A stretch of DNA of 64,000 bases from Vicugna vicugna (Eukaryota): NCBI GenBank assembly GCA_013265495.1, contig MU058337.1, forward strand, positions 3,714,880 through 3,778,879, written 5' to 3'. Position numbers and translations under genes: made by a program. The notes under the pieces are model-generated. The model was given only the letters and a program-made list of their open reading frames with translations. It was not told the DNA's origin and searched no databases. Positions 13,581 through 26,524 of the stretch are shown here, piece after piece (the stretch's first letter is position 1; each line of letters opens with the position of its first letter).

Positions 13581-14916
13581 CAGCTTTGAGTTCTGCCAAT
13601 ATTCTTTTGCTTGAGATTTATCTTCATCTTATAAGGACTTTTTCTTTCTCCCAATCCTTAATGTAATGTACAATGCAAAGATCTCAGAACACCTTTATCT
13701 CCACTTACCCTTCCCATCATATGTTAGTGCTGCCACTGACTTCAATTTTTATTTTTAAAAAAATTATATTTTAGCATCACTGATGTATTCAATCATTGGA
13801 TGAATCAGCTTATTTACATTTTATTTGCTTTTAATTCCAACTTGGATTCACTGGATTATTTTCCTTCTATCAGAAATAAGCTCCTCAGAGTTCTCATTGA
13901 CGGTGACAATCTTTCTACGTGTGGCAAAACGGCAGCTATAGATCTCTGCTTATTCCTCTGGGTTCGTGTGTTGCTTAAACTGCACCAGATAATTTCTATC
14001 AATATTATCCCCTTTTCACACTCTTAAGATTCATCTTACATTGTATCTAGCATTTTTAGTTGTGTTCTAAAGGATGGTTGCTCTAAATAACCTAACTTCG
14101 CAAATTTATGGAAACTGGCTTTTCCGTTTGTTTTTTTTCCACCTAGTTTCCATTTTTCTTTGTACTATAAATACACTTTGATTTTATCAGACATTTGTTT
14201 AGGTTTCACTTCTTATATTAAACTGTGAACTCCAGATGGGCAGAGACCATATCTTTTTAAATTTTATAATTTTTTAAAATTTTTTGTCTCTTGTTTCAGA
14301 ATTATCCTTAGAACATAAAAGAAACCCTAGTTTTTGTTTAAAAGTACTGTGTACATCTGAACGTGTGTTAAAACCTTCAAAAGTTTATTATACCAATGTT
14401 ACTATTATGATTCAAAAAAAATTTTTTTTGATTTTCACTTTTAAAATAGTATTGTATGTTCTTTTCAGTATCTTCAAAAGTGCTTTATATCCACTCTCTG
14501 AAAGTAAATTGTTTATGTTGGAAACAATTGAAAATAATTTGAAACCTATATTGGTGATGACAGGAGTGATCAAACTGCTAAATAAATAAACCTTAATTAA
14601 AAAATAGGTATGGGGTAGTAAGACGGGCCTTCTTAAGGAATTATTCTTAAACTGACTGTGACTGAAATTCCAAATCCCATAATCTCATGAAAATACTCAT
14701 TTAGCAAAATCAATTTGGGTACATTTATTTAAATGTCTCTTTAGCATAAAGTTGCATCTTTGCAGACTGATGCACTCAGTAAATGTTTCTATATTTTTAT
14801 TTCATTATACTTTATGTCTAGATAAATGAGTATTCAGAAACATCTGCTTCAAAGTTATGGAAACTTGAAATGGTAACACAAGCTAGTGGATCAGTTCTGA
14901 ATTCACACGTCCAACA

Positions 14917-15072
14917 CTTTAGCATCTTAACTTTTTCTGCCTCCATATTGCATATATTGCAAATATGATTCTGTCATGTTGAGATTTTTTTTAATGCTTT
15001 GGCATCTTAACTTTTTCTACTTCCATATTGCATATATGGCAAACATAATTCTGTTATTTTGAGTTTTTTTTT
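14917..15072. repeat. Diverged 80-bp tandem duplication (2 copies)
   Basis: ctttagcatcttaactttttctgcctccatattgcatatattgcaaatatgattctg... at 14917 recurs as ctttggcatcttaactttttctacttccatattgcatatatggcaaacataattctg... at 14997; about 9 substitutions by eye. Confidence 0.9.
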
Positions 15073-18000
15073 CTTTTATTGCAACTCAGGTGCTCATGAT
15101 ACATCAGTAAAGCCAGCTAGCCATCTTACCTGACAGCTTCTACTTGCCACTGCTATATTCCAACTTTAATGTGTCCACAATATTTAAATACATAAAGATT
15201 ATTCAAGTATTCAATACTGAATTTAAAACGGTTGATTAAGTTTTGCATTTGAGAGTTTTTGGTGTATGGAAATGATGTGTTCACGTGTACAGGGGTAAAA
15301 CTGTAAATTATTTGGAGCATGGCCTACTAATTAACTGTATCATTAATTTTATTCTCCATTTTTTTGGAAGTGAGTGCACCTCTGGAGATACTGTACCATA
15401 GAAATTCGGGAATAAACTGGTATGAAGAAACATTAACTCATCGTACAGTTAACATTTACGCAGGAGGTTACAATGTTAACTACAATGCTGAGTTCACCTA
15501 TCTACAGAGAAAGCATTACATTTTTAAACTAAATAGATATATTAGTAAGCAAAGATTTATTTTTATTGATGTGTATTCTCTAATTTTATTTATTTATATA
15601 GAGGCAGAAATGTGAAGAGTGAAATTAAAGAGAAAAAAAAAAAGCCTAACTGTTGCCTGTGCAGAAGAACAATCGATGGGTTCTGTACTAGACACACCAG
15701 GTGACCTTTAGAAATTGCTTCAAATTCCACGATGGGTAAAAATTAAAAGCTGCTATTAAATAGTTTGACAATCCTGATTTCCTCTACTATGGCATGAGGT
15801 GGGGAGACTCTTCATTAGAACGGAGGATTTTCTGATCTCATAATTCTATCTAACTCCATTTGTTTTTTAAAGCATGCATTAGTGTTTATTTGTCTCCGCA
15901 AACACCATGAATAGAAGCAGCAGAGCCAGGAAGGACTCAGTGCATCGCTGCTGCCTCCCATTACAGCTGCTCCACTGTGATCGCTAATTGCCTGTCACAG
16001 CCACTGAGCCACGGAGCTGGTGGGACTGCCACCTCTTGTTTGCTCAGGTTGTCATCTCCTACTATGCTGAACCCTGTTGTTTTCTCCAAGGCCTCTACGT
16101 TCTCACCCTAGACAGAATGAAAATCTATTATCTAACTGTGATAGGAGCGCATCAAAATTTTATTTTTGAAGGAAAACACTGAATAAAAAGGACTGCTCAT
16201 AAAAAGTGAATTTCACCAGGGCTGTGTGGCATTTTCCCTACCGGGCTGATTTTAAGGATTCATGCCATTCCCTTTTCCACTGCGACTCAGCTATCCTTGG
16301 AGCACGAGAGATCACCTGGTGAAATTTTGTAAACTGCAAGCAAGGACAGAACAGAAACATACACAAATGCATGGAAAGTTCTGAGGCCAATCTGATGATG
16401 GGCAGAGGTCTCTGGGGCTTATCAGTTTCTACAAAACATACGGGAAACATGACCAGAGGGGACCTAGGGTCTCATTTCAAGACGGCCGAAGCACGATTAA
16501 GCCAAAGGCCAAGCAAGGAGATGTCCTTGAATACCCCTGGATGACAGTAAGGCCATCAAAACCACCCAGGTAGCCAAAAACAAAGAAAAAAAGAAAGAAA
16601 GAAAAAGATTCATTAGCAAACAATCTTAAGAATCTTGCAGATGTTAAAACTCCTGAGCCAGACCTTCTGCATCATCAGGTAGGAAGGAGCTACTGACACT
16701 TATTTTACTGCGGATGGCCTGCTGCCAATCTCGATGCCACAGGACTGTTTTGTTTCATTTTGTTTTCTTTTACTGAGGGGGGTGGTATCTCAGCCTGCCC
16801 ATTCGGAAAGTTCCAGTTCCATATACACCATGTTCCGAAGTGAAGTGGCCACAAGAATCAACCAAACTTGACTGGCTTCCCAAACCCGAGGCGAGGTTCA
16901 GCATGGCGCCCCACAGGCTGTGCCAGGTAAGTCTCCTCCTGGATCAACATGGAGTCCGGCTGTGGAGAAGGTGACCACCTTGCCTTGACTGACCAGTTAA
17001 AAAGTTGTGTGATAACCTTCCAAGTACCTGAGTGTGTATGCAACTTACCAGGTGGCCAAGCCTGATGAAGTTGTTGGAATTAATATGCGTGATTCTTCCT
17101 TTTAAATGTAAAAGGATTTTGTATACAAAAACAGAACTGCTCCCCCAATCCCAATATGCTTCCGTCCAGGTAAGCTCCTGGGACAAGCAGTGGCCTGCTA
17201 CCATTTGCTCATGAAGCCCTGAAATTGGTCAGAGCAGGTCATTAATGGACTCCAGGGCCCTACTTTACCCAAACATTGAAGATTTACTCTCGATTCTGAT
17301 TTCTGTCCTAAATTACACTTAACCTGTGCCATATATTCTCCCCAGGTTAGGCAAAATCTCATCCAATGTTCCCCAAGTGGCACAGTTAGTGAGTTTCATA
17401 GCTGGAACCAGGACTCAGGTATTTATGACAATCAAGGCTGACGCTTATGTTCTTTCTCTTTTTATTAACATATTTATTTTTTTGTAGATTACAATGCACA
17501 AACTATATCGTTTTCATCTATGAAGACTTCTATACAAATTCTTCAAGAAATCTTTTCCAAGGGAGAAAACGGTATACACGGCTGTATTTGGATAAGAACA
17601 TCAGTGAACATCAGTAAAACTCAGTTTGAAAATATATGCCTTTAAGGTCATCACAACATTTTGTGTCCACCGGATGATAAATACTGCATTTCTCTTATCT
17701 TTCAGAAAGAGCAGTACTGAGTAGTATTGCTAGGTATCACCCTAGGACGTCTGTTCCCTGAAACACTGACCTCTTTTGATGAATTTACAGTTTAGAAGAC
17801 ACCCGAACAGGGAAAGTTATGAAACATTTCTGAGGACCTTTTAGAGGTTAATAAAGGTTCCCGATTGTCACAGATCAAAATACGCTTCTCTAAGACCTTT
17901 CTTTGCCATCTCCCATCTGGGCCCACCCAGGCACTAGGCTCTAAAGCACTCTGACCTGAGTTCTCCCTAGAAAAGTGGACTGGTTGGTATGTGAGGTGCT

Positions 18001-18189
18001 ACCTCATCAGGAGAATGGTCTAGAAAAGGAGCTGTCGCTTTGAGGAGGATTCTTTTCTGTAGCTTCTGCGTCCTCAGGAGAGTCAAGCGCCCTGGAAGCA
18101 TCTGAGCCACCTCCTGTGGTCCTCCACCCTGATGTGGAGAGGATGGTCACTGAGAGCTCAGACTCTCAGTCTTAGTGCCCGGGATACTG

Positions 18190-19050
18190 CCTGCCTCACG
18201 GAGCAGGTGTGCGCAGCGCCTCTGACCCCCGGTTGCTCAGAAGGGGTGTGAGATCAGCGGTGTGCACCCACAGGGCTGCGGGAAGCACACGAGCTCTTAC
18301 AGTAAACGCCCCGCACCAGGCCGCATGCAGGAAGCGCGGGGCGCACCGGGCCGAGGAGCGGCAGCTGCGGCCCTCGGGGAAGCAGCGTCCCCACTACGGT
18401 TCAGAGGGGAACGCGGGACACGATGGGTGTTTGGCCCCGGAAAATGTTAAGCAAAATCCCCATGAAGTGTCACAGTGCACTGTTTCTTGTCTCCCAACTT
18501 CCACGCAAGCACACTATGAGTCAGTCTGGCTTGCCAAGGCGCGGGCAGGACAAAAATCACCAGCTTTACCCTGCAAACTCGCCCGGGGCCTCCTTCCGTC
18601 ACTGCAAAGCCCGTTAACAATTCCTGGGGATAAAGACAGAGTCTGGGTAACAAAATAAGGACTAACCTTTTTCTTCTCCTTTGTGCCGAGTCTGGTTTCG
18701 CTGGCTCGCAGTGGGCAGCGAGCAGAAGCCCAGCACCCAGCCCCTCAGCTGCAGTTCCCGGGGCCGAAACCCGGAAACGACGGGCAGACAAAGCAACTCC
18801 CAGCCGTGAGCAGCAGCTCCGCGCATGACACCTTAATCCAAGATGGCGGCAGTGGGCCGTGTGCAGAGACGCTGCGCCTGCGCACTGCGCTCTGGAGCGG
18901 TGAGCAAGTGCCTGCGCAGGCCCTCCGAGACTCCGCCCCCTCCCCTGGGATGAGCCTCCTAGACGGCAGCCCCGCCCACAGCCTCCTGGGGAGAGGGCGT
19001 GCTCTAGAGCAGAGAGGCTCATACCTCTCTATTCTCTGATCGGAGAATGC
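18190..19050. promoter_or_regulatory. CpG island promoter
   Basis: Sharp rise in GC and CpG density. GC boxes CCGCCC at 18933 and 18972; NRF1 TGCGCCTGCGCA at 18873-18884 plus a variant at 18908-18918; YY1 CAAGATGGCGGC at 18839-18850; ETS-like CCGGAA at 18771; AP-1 TGAGTCA at 18517. Confidence 0.92.
18667..18865 (-). other. Probable first exon of an unidentified minus-strand gene (TSS approximate)
   Basis: Read on the minus strand, the order is GC boxes, NRF1, YY1, then donor AAG|GTTAGT (intron starts at 18666). The island extends downstream into intron 1, as is typical. Confidence 0.6.
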
Positions 19051-20289
19051 AGCTTTCCTGCCTTTAACATTACTCCAAAGCGCCAGTGACTGGCGGCAAC
19101 TATGAAGCTTCCTTTCAATTTGATTATCCTGGGTGAGTCTTGCTTGGGCTGAGTTGCCCTGCATACTATACTCCTTACGAGACAGCCCTCTGTAAAGTAA
19201 CAGTGATGAAAGCATTTGAGACTGGAGAGCTAGGCAGTTCTCCTTTCCCAAGGATGCTTAGGGAAGGGGAGTAAGACAACTCTGTGGCCCCCACACAGCA
19301 CGGGGTCTCCGAAAACCACATTTTCTCTCTGACCATGGGATAGGCTGGCTTTCAGGGCTCCCCACTTCTCGCAGCCACAGATATGATTCAGGTACACTTG
19401 TATTTGTATTATTTTCTGAGAATAAGTTGTGTGTTCACAGGAATGTCAGTCACATAGTGAAATTAACCATGAGATTCTGCTCATCCAAGTAATCTGACTG
19501 AAAAATTCAGGAGTCCGAATTTGGTAGAGCCCTTTAACTGTATCTGTTCCTAAGCTGTTTATTTTATACACTGCATATTATATTATACCTGTGTTAACTT
19601 GTGGGTCAATTTGAAGGTTATTATTTTGCATAACAATCTGTCAGTGCTCATCCCTCTTCCCGCTGCTTCAACATAACTCTCTTGTTTCCCCAGAGATTAC
19701 TAATTAACTCAATATACTTTTACATATATTGGATTTATTCATTGCAGTACTTTTTTTTTTTTAATGTCTCACCAAAATTCACAGTCCTTCTATCTGGCCA
19801 GGGTGCAGGAAATTTAGAGGCTGGGAGCAAATCTGTTCTAGATCTGACATGGGCCATATTTTAGCTAAAAATTTATTTTAAACTGGCATAATTTCAAAAA
19901 AAAAAACCTTAGAGTTTGTAGTGGAAGAATCTGATCAAAAACATTCAATGCCTTCCTTCATTTAAAGGAGACACATTTGAAATGCATTTTTGCCAGAGTT
20001 TTGAACCATTTTTGCCTTTCCAAGATTTTGTTGAAAAAAAACAAACAAAAACAGACACAAAATAAAAATCACCATAACAAAAATCAAAATAAATACTCCT
20101 TCCTACTAGAGGGTATTAAGTAGAAAGAATTCCTTTCTTCCTTACTCCGGACTCCTTTTTTAAAAAAACTACACTTTCTGATTCTTGGCATGGCAAGTGA
20201 TGGAAAAACATAAGACAGAGGTCTAAGAGACAGAAAGACTTGCAGGTTTTCAAGAGCAAAGGCTATTCATTGAACTCTGAGATATTATA

Positions 20290-20665
20290 GGGCTAGAATT
20301 TATTAGGGGAAGTTTAGAAAGGTAGATATGGAACAGATTATAAAATACTCCATATGTCATGTAGTGGAATTTAGATTTATTGTGCAGTAAGCTACTGAAA
20401 TATCTTTAGCATTGAAATAACAACATAGCTATATTTAACTTTCAGACAGATAGCTCTCATACCAGAGTGAGGATGAATTAGAGATACTGAGATAAGACTG
20501 AAGACATTTGAAGTAACATGTAAGAAAGACGATGACAGTCTTTTCTAAGAAAGCTGCTACAGAAAACAGAGAAGAGCAGTAGTTAAGAACATGCTAAAGA
20601 TAGAAACAAACTGGTGGCCAGCTTGATATTCAGAAGAAAGGAGAATAATTTACTGAAACTGTTCC
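20290..20665 (-). mobile_element. Degenerate L2 fragment
   Basis: gaacagattataaaatactccatatgtcatgtagtggaatttagattttattg-type L2 antisense motifs. Confidence 0.55.
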
Positions 20666-22544
20666 ATTCGTATAAAGATATCAGAATATAACCCTTGTTT
20701 GCTCCTTGTTTATTGGATCTTCTCACAAAACTTCTAGTTGCTTTGAAAATTGTTTTGCTTTCTAAGGATGTGGGAAGTCTCAGCTTAGGGCGTCTCCTAT
20801 TGATCTGGAGTCTCTGCTGCCTTACATTTTACAGAAAGAGACAAAGAACAATGTAATTAAAAACTCAAGTTTTTTTTTTCCTCCTGGGGCTTAGGTAATA
20901 ATGAATAATAAAGTGACATTTTATAGCTAAAGGGACAGATAATAATGAGGAATGTTCCAAGGTAAATAGAAAATATATAATTTCTTTGAGTCTAACCTTT
21001 AGTTTTCCTATAATTTCCACCACTGAGTCTATATAATATCTGTGTATAAACTAAGCCTTGTAAAACCCAAACCAACCTTGTTTTTAAGCAGCTCAGGGCA
21101 GTAGCTTTATGGTTTAGGATCAAATTAGACCTTAACACTTGTCTCTAAATGAACATAGTCATTGGGTATTTTCTTTGCTGTGTTTCTGGTCTAAGTTTTC
21201 TATTGTATCCCTAGTGACTGGATCCCTGAATGACCTGCCTTGGTCCCTTGGGGCCAGTTTGTATATAGCCAAGTTTATTCAAGATTAAAATGAGCCTTAT
21301 CTTTTTATTCCCTTTAGGAATGAAAATTGTTCACTTGTATTAGATTTTTCAAATTCCTGCGTTCCTGCATTTGCTTCAAGTCCAGGATGAAATCAGCAGC
21401 TTTTCTCTACTGTAGATAATCTTAGTTATAGATCCAAAGTATATGAATCTACCTTTAGCTGGTGCTGGATTTCGATTCCATACCCCTACCTGTCTCAGAA
21501 CAGCGTCCTACAGTTTACCAGTGGGCCCTACGAGATTTCCTGCCTTCTGGCCAGGATCACCACAGGTTTTCCAACCACCAATAGCCAAATTTCCACTCAT
21601 GAACTCTGAGGCTCTTAAGTCTGTATTGCCTCCTCATCTTGATTTTCCTTGGCCTGGCTCCTCACGTCAGCAGACGTCTGGAAGATTCAGCACCACAACA
21701 GCACAAGACTCTGCTTTCTACGCTCTCTGGATCAGCATTCCAGCTCATTTTAGTATTCTTGCACATTTGCACAGTTTTGCTACAAAATTGCATAGACACA
21801 CACCAGTATGAAAAGAAAATTGTTTAGGGTCAAAACTGCAGTATCTTTGTCATGCAGAAATGAATATATTTTCCAAAGGTCTCAATTTCTCTATTCTTCT
21901 TTGCCTGATTTTACTATCAAGGGGGCCAGAGAAGAATCTGTTTTGCACAGTGTTGTGTTCTATGATGTTTGCCTGCTACCAAGATAGGTATCGTAACATA
22001 AAACTCTGCCAAAAATAAAACAAGCTTTTTTTTTTTTAAAGGCATATACCTACAAGACCAAAAATAATAGAAGAGAAAATAACTACAAAATTTTGAAAGC
22101 CCAAACTGACCTAGGGAGATAGAAAAAGCTAAACCTAAACCTTGAATAGATGTTGGCCGGAAATTTCTGAGGAAAGTCCGAAAGTAAGCCTGTTCACACC
22201 AAAGAATCTCAGAACGGCGCAGAAATTGGAGGCTCCAAAATGAAGTTTCTCACATGGCTGAAGAGAGACGAGCTGACTGAGAAGGTGGAAAGAAAAAAGT
22301 TCCTTTCCCAAGCTACTGAGCCAGGCAACGATGCCTCCTACTCTGCAGCAGAAAACTGGAGCTTCAAAATCAAACAAGCCAATTATGAAGCAAACAAGCA
22401 AGAAAACAGGGATTCTTGACTTGGACATCAGGCACAGCTGATAGCAGACACATGGCGCTGATGTAAGCAAAAGTAAGTGAACATCTATATGCTGAATTTC
22501 AAGATTTCCACCTGCAAGTATTAGGCTCCTGTGGTGACAATGCA

Positions 22545-22935
22545 AATGTGTGTCAGTATCCATTCTCTTTTCTTCCCTTTTGGTAATGGAAGCTCTCACT
22601 GCTCCAAGTGTTAGCTGAGCACCCAGGTAAACCTCAGTCTTCAAAGTTTCCACTGCAGCTAGGTAGGGCCATGTGATTACGTTTTCACTCATGAGATGCA
22701 AATGGGAATGATATGTACAGCTTCCATGTCATATTTGTAAGGGACAGCTGCTGACTCTGCATTCTTTCCTTCCTCTGGTCAGGAAACAGGATGCTATGTG
22801 GAATAGGACTTCCTACCTGCCTCATACTATCTGCTTACACCGAGTCTTAAAAATTTAGTGAGAGAGAACCAACTTCCATCTCTTGGAGACATTGCTTTCA
22901 TGGGTGTCTTAAATAGAAACCAATAGTCTTAACCA
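22545..22935 (+). mobile_element. MaLR LTR (MLT1J-like)
   Basis: ttcttcccttttggtaatggaagc...tgcagctaggtagggccatgtgattacgttttcactcatgagatg...gatatgtacagcttcc. Confidence 0.7.
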
Positions 22936-23810
22936 ATAGTCTAAGAAATGCTTAATTCCTGGCAACAGATTGGAATTCCACTTTGTAGCAACTACTATGC
23001 CTCAGAAAGATAAAAAATGGATACCCACCAAAAACTGGCTTAATTTAAGCACTGAAATAAAGAAGACATTCATTAAACATTCTGTCTAGGATCACAGTTA
23101 GATATTTAGTCCTTAACCTTAAATACAAACACAAAGATAATTACTACTAGGAATTTGAGGAAATTCTCTAACCAGAAAGACAAAGAAATATATATAAACA
23201 AAGACAAAGAAGCAAATGAAAGAATTGAGAGAAAATGAAAGGAGCCAAAGAAAACTGTAAAAATCTCTAATCATTATCTCCAAATGTAAGAAAGTATATA
23301 TATAAAATAAGAATAGGGTACTAGAGAAGGTTCAAAATCATATTTTGATTACTAAACATCTGACAAGTAAGTTAAAAAAATACGGTATTTAAATAATAAA
23401 AGTTAGATAATTTCCACAGTAGTAGGACAAAATAGGAGAAAAAAGTTAAGTAAATGTCAAGAATATTCCAGATAGCACAAAATTTAAATAATAAGAGTTC
23501 TAGACAACAAGAAATGAGAAAATAAAGAGGAATAAGGAAGACTTTAATCAAAAATTATTTTTCCCACTGCAGACATGGCTTTCAGATGAAAATACCATGA
23601 TGCTCAAAAAAATAGAAGTCAACACAACAAGACTTTATCCTCAAGAAATTTCAGAATCTTGGGGACAAAGAGAATATTTTTAAATTACCAAGAAAACAAA
23701 TCAGTTACACATAAAGGATCAAATTCAGAATATCTTTGGACTTATTAATAACTATGAAAATCTAGAGAAACGCCCTTAAACTATAAACAAAAACGACTTT
23801 CCATGAAAGA

Positions 23811-25602
23811 ATAAAAATTACAGCTCATACCATATAAATAAAAAGAACCATTAGAGACTGCTATGAACAATTATATACCAACAAATTGGATAACACAGAA
23901 GAAATGGGTAAGTTCCTGGAAACATAGAACCTACCAAGATTAAGTAATGAAGAAAAAGAAAGTCTGACTGCATCTCTAACTAGTACACAGAGTAAATCAG
24001 TAATCAAAACTTCCCAAAAAAGAAAAGCTCAGGATCAGATGGTTTCACTGCTAAATTCTGCCAAACATTTAAAGAACAATTAACACAAATCCTTCTAAAA
24101 CTCTTCTAAAAATTTGAAGAGAAAAAAACACTTCCAAACTCATTTTACGATACCAGCAATACACTAATACCAAATCCATACAAAAATCACCACAAAAAAA
24201 TAAAACTGCAGGCCAATATCCCTGATGAATATAGATGCAAAAACCTTCAACAAAATACTTGTAAACTGAATTAAATAGCACATTAAATGTATCATACACT
24301 GTGACCAAGTTTAATTTATCCTTGGTATTCATGTGTGGTTCAATATACAAAAATCAATCATATGCAATATACCATATTAACAGAATAAAGGATGAAAATT
24401 ATATGATCATCTAAATAGATGCAGAAAAAGCATTTGACAAAACTCACCATCATGTCATGCTCAGTAAACTAGATATAGAAGAAAATTAGCGTAAAACAAT
24501 AAAGGTCATATATGAAAAGCCCAAGGAGATTATCACACTCAAAGGTAAAAAAAGTAAAGCTTTTCCTCTAAGATTAAGAACAAGGAAAGGATGTCTACTC
24601 TTGAAAATCTATTCAACATAGTACTGGAAGTCCTTGCCAGAGTAATTAGGCAAGAAAAAGAAATGAAAGGCACGAAAATCAGAGAGGAAGAAATAAAATT
24701 GTCCCTGTGGGTAGACAACATGATCTTACATATATAGAAAATTCTAAAGTCCTCTTTAAAAAAAACTATTAGAAGTAATAAATTTAGTAAAGTTGCAGGG
24801 TATAAAATCAACATAAAAATCAGTTGTCTTTTTATACACTGAGAACAAACTATCTGAAAAAGGAAATTAGGGATACAATTCCATTTACAGTAGCACCAAA
24901 AACAACAAAATACTTAGGAATATCCTTAACTCAGAATGTGAAAAACTTGTATACTGAAAACTAAAAAATATTGATGAAAGAAATTAAACAAGACACAAAC
25001 AAATGTAAAGATCTCTTCTACTCATGAATTGGAAAACAATCTTTACAAAAATCTCCATATTACCCAAAGTAATCTACCAATTTAAGGCAATCTCTATCAA
25101 AATTCCAATGATATTTTTAACATAAATAGGAAAAAAAATCCTGAAATTCATATGGAATCACAAAAAGACTATAAAAGAACAAATCAATCCTGAGAAAGAA
25201 AAAGCTGAAGGTATCACACATTCTGATTTCAAGATACATTAGAAAGCTACAATCATCAAAGCAGAAAGGTACTTGTATGAAGACCACAGACACCAAAGGA
25301 ATACAATAGAGTCCTCAGATGTAAGTATACACATATATGGTCAATTGATCTTTGAAAAAGAAAAATACAAAGGGGACAGGACTGTCTCTTCAGCAAATGG
25401 TGTTGAGCAGACTGGACCATTACATGTAGAAGAATGAAATCAGACCCTCACCTGGGTAGGATACTAATAGTACTACTAGACAATACTACTTCTAGGAGTA
25501 TTATGGTTTCAAGTGTCACATTTAAGTCTTTAATTCATTCTCAGTCTAAATATTTTTAAGAGGGTGGATCTCATATTAAATGCTATAAAATAAAATAAAT
25601 TA
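23811..25602 (+). mobile_element. LINE-1 ORF2 (RT region) relic, L1MA/MB-like, with many stops and frameshifts
   Basis: Recognisable L1 ORF2 DNA: tatgaacaattatataccaacaaattggataac, caggatcagatggtttcactg, ggccaatatccctgatgaatatagatgcaaaa, gatgcagaaaaagcatttgacaaaa, ttcaacatagtactggaagtcc, aaatacttaggaata. Confidence 0.92.
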
Positions 25603-26524
25603 TTTCCAAGAAAAAATTGTATATCCAATCTAATGATCAACTAATGAGTGTGTTGAATAATAAAGACATGTTCAAACATTAAAAGTCTCAAAGATTTACC
25701 CTCCATGCACCTTTTCTGCAAGAAACCGCTGTAAGATTTCATCTCCCAAAAGGAAGAATCAAATTAGAGAGGGAAGAACACAGAATTTAGAAACATAAAA
25801 CCCAAACTAGTAAAGAGTTAAAGGGAATTATCATAGTAGAGAAAGGATAGTTTATCAGCCAGGTGGCAAGTCCGTGAATAGATTGAGTTAAATTCAGAGG
25901 AATCACTCCAAGGGGGAAAAATGAGAGCTAATAATTTCAAAGTACTGATAATTGATATATATTTTGGTGAGAGGTTTGGGGAATGAATTTTTTATATATA
26001 ACAGACAAGCAAATGGAAAAACAGGTCTATTATTAACTCCAGAAAAAGTAAAAAATTTAAAGCAGAAATATATAATCATAGAATACTAGCATAATTTAAT
26101 GGAAGATATTATTCACATAGCCATGATAATACAAATGCTTAGTGTTGATTTTACTGAAAAATACAATTATTTCAAGATCAAAGGAAAGGGAAAATGTGTG
26201 TGTGTGCACACTTGTGTGCATACACATCTGCTTCCAAGCATGGAGAGATGAGAGAGTAAAAGTTACATCTTTTGCATTTATAATTTATTAGTTAAGATGC
26301 AAAACACAAAAATTTAAAGTGTTTTACATCAAATATGAAGTTGTAAGTCAAGAGAAATAGTAAAATGGCATAGTTACCTTAAGAAGTGGGACTCCAGGAC
26401 TGTTTTTTAGTATTATTATCATGAGACATATGACATAACTGTTTCACTTAGTTCTTCTCTTGTATAACTTTGATTTAAACATTAAAATCAAAGTGTGCCT
26501 CTAAACATAAACAATTACCCCCAC

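Larger units (their letters stand above)
21990..26480 (+). mobile_element. Ancient L1M (L1ME/MD-like) 5'/ORF1 relic, interrupted by an MLT1 LTR and a younger L1
   Basis: A-rich plus strand. ORF1-end motifs (aaatttcagaatcttggggacaaagagaa; aataaagacatgttcaaac...tttaccctccatgcaccttttctgc) lie on both sides of the 23.8-25.6 kb insert. Confidence 0.6.

Noticed and set aside
18190..19050. Assigning a gene symbol to the promoter
   Set aside because: No recognisable coding exon of the host gene is in the window; any name would be a guess.
18209..19251. Long overlapping ORFs (118-191 aa) on both strands
   Set aside because: Stop-codon scarcity in a CpG island; no recognisable domain.
22135..22701. 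188-aa minus-strand ORF
   Set aside because: Spans antisense MLT1 and L1 relics; no protein similarity recognised.
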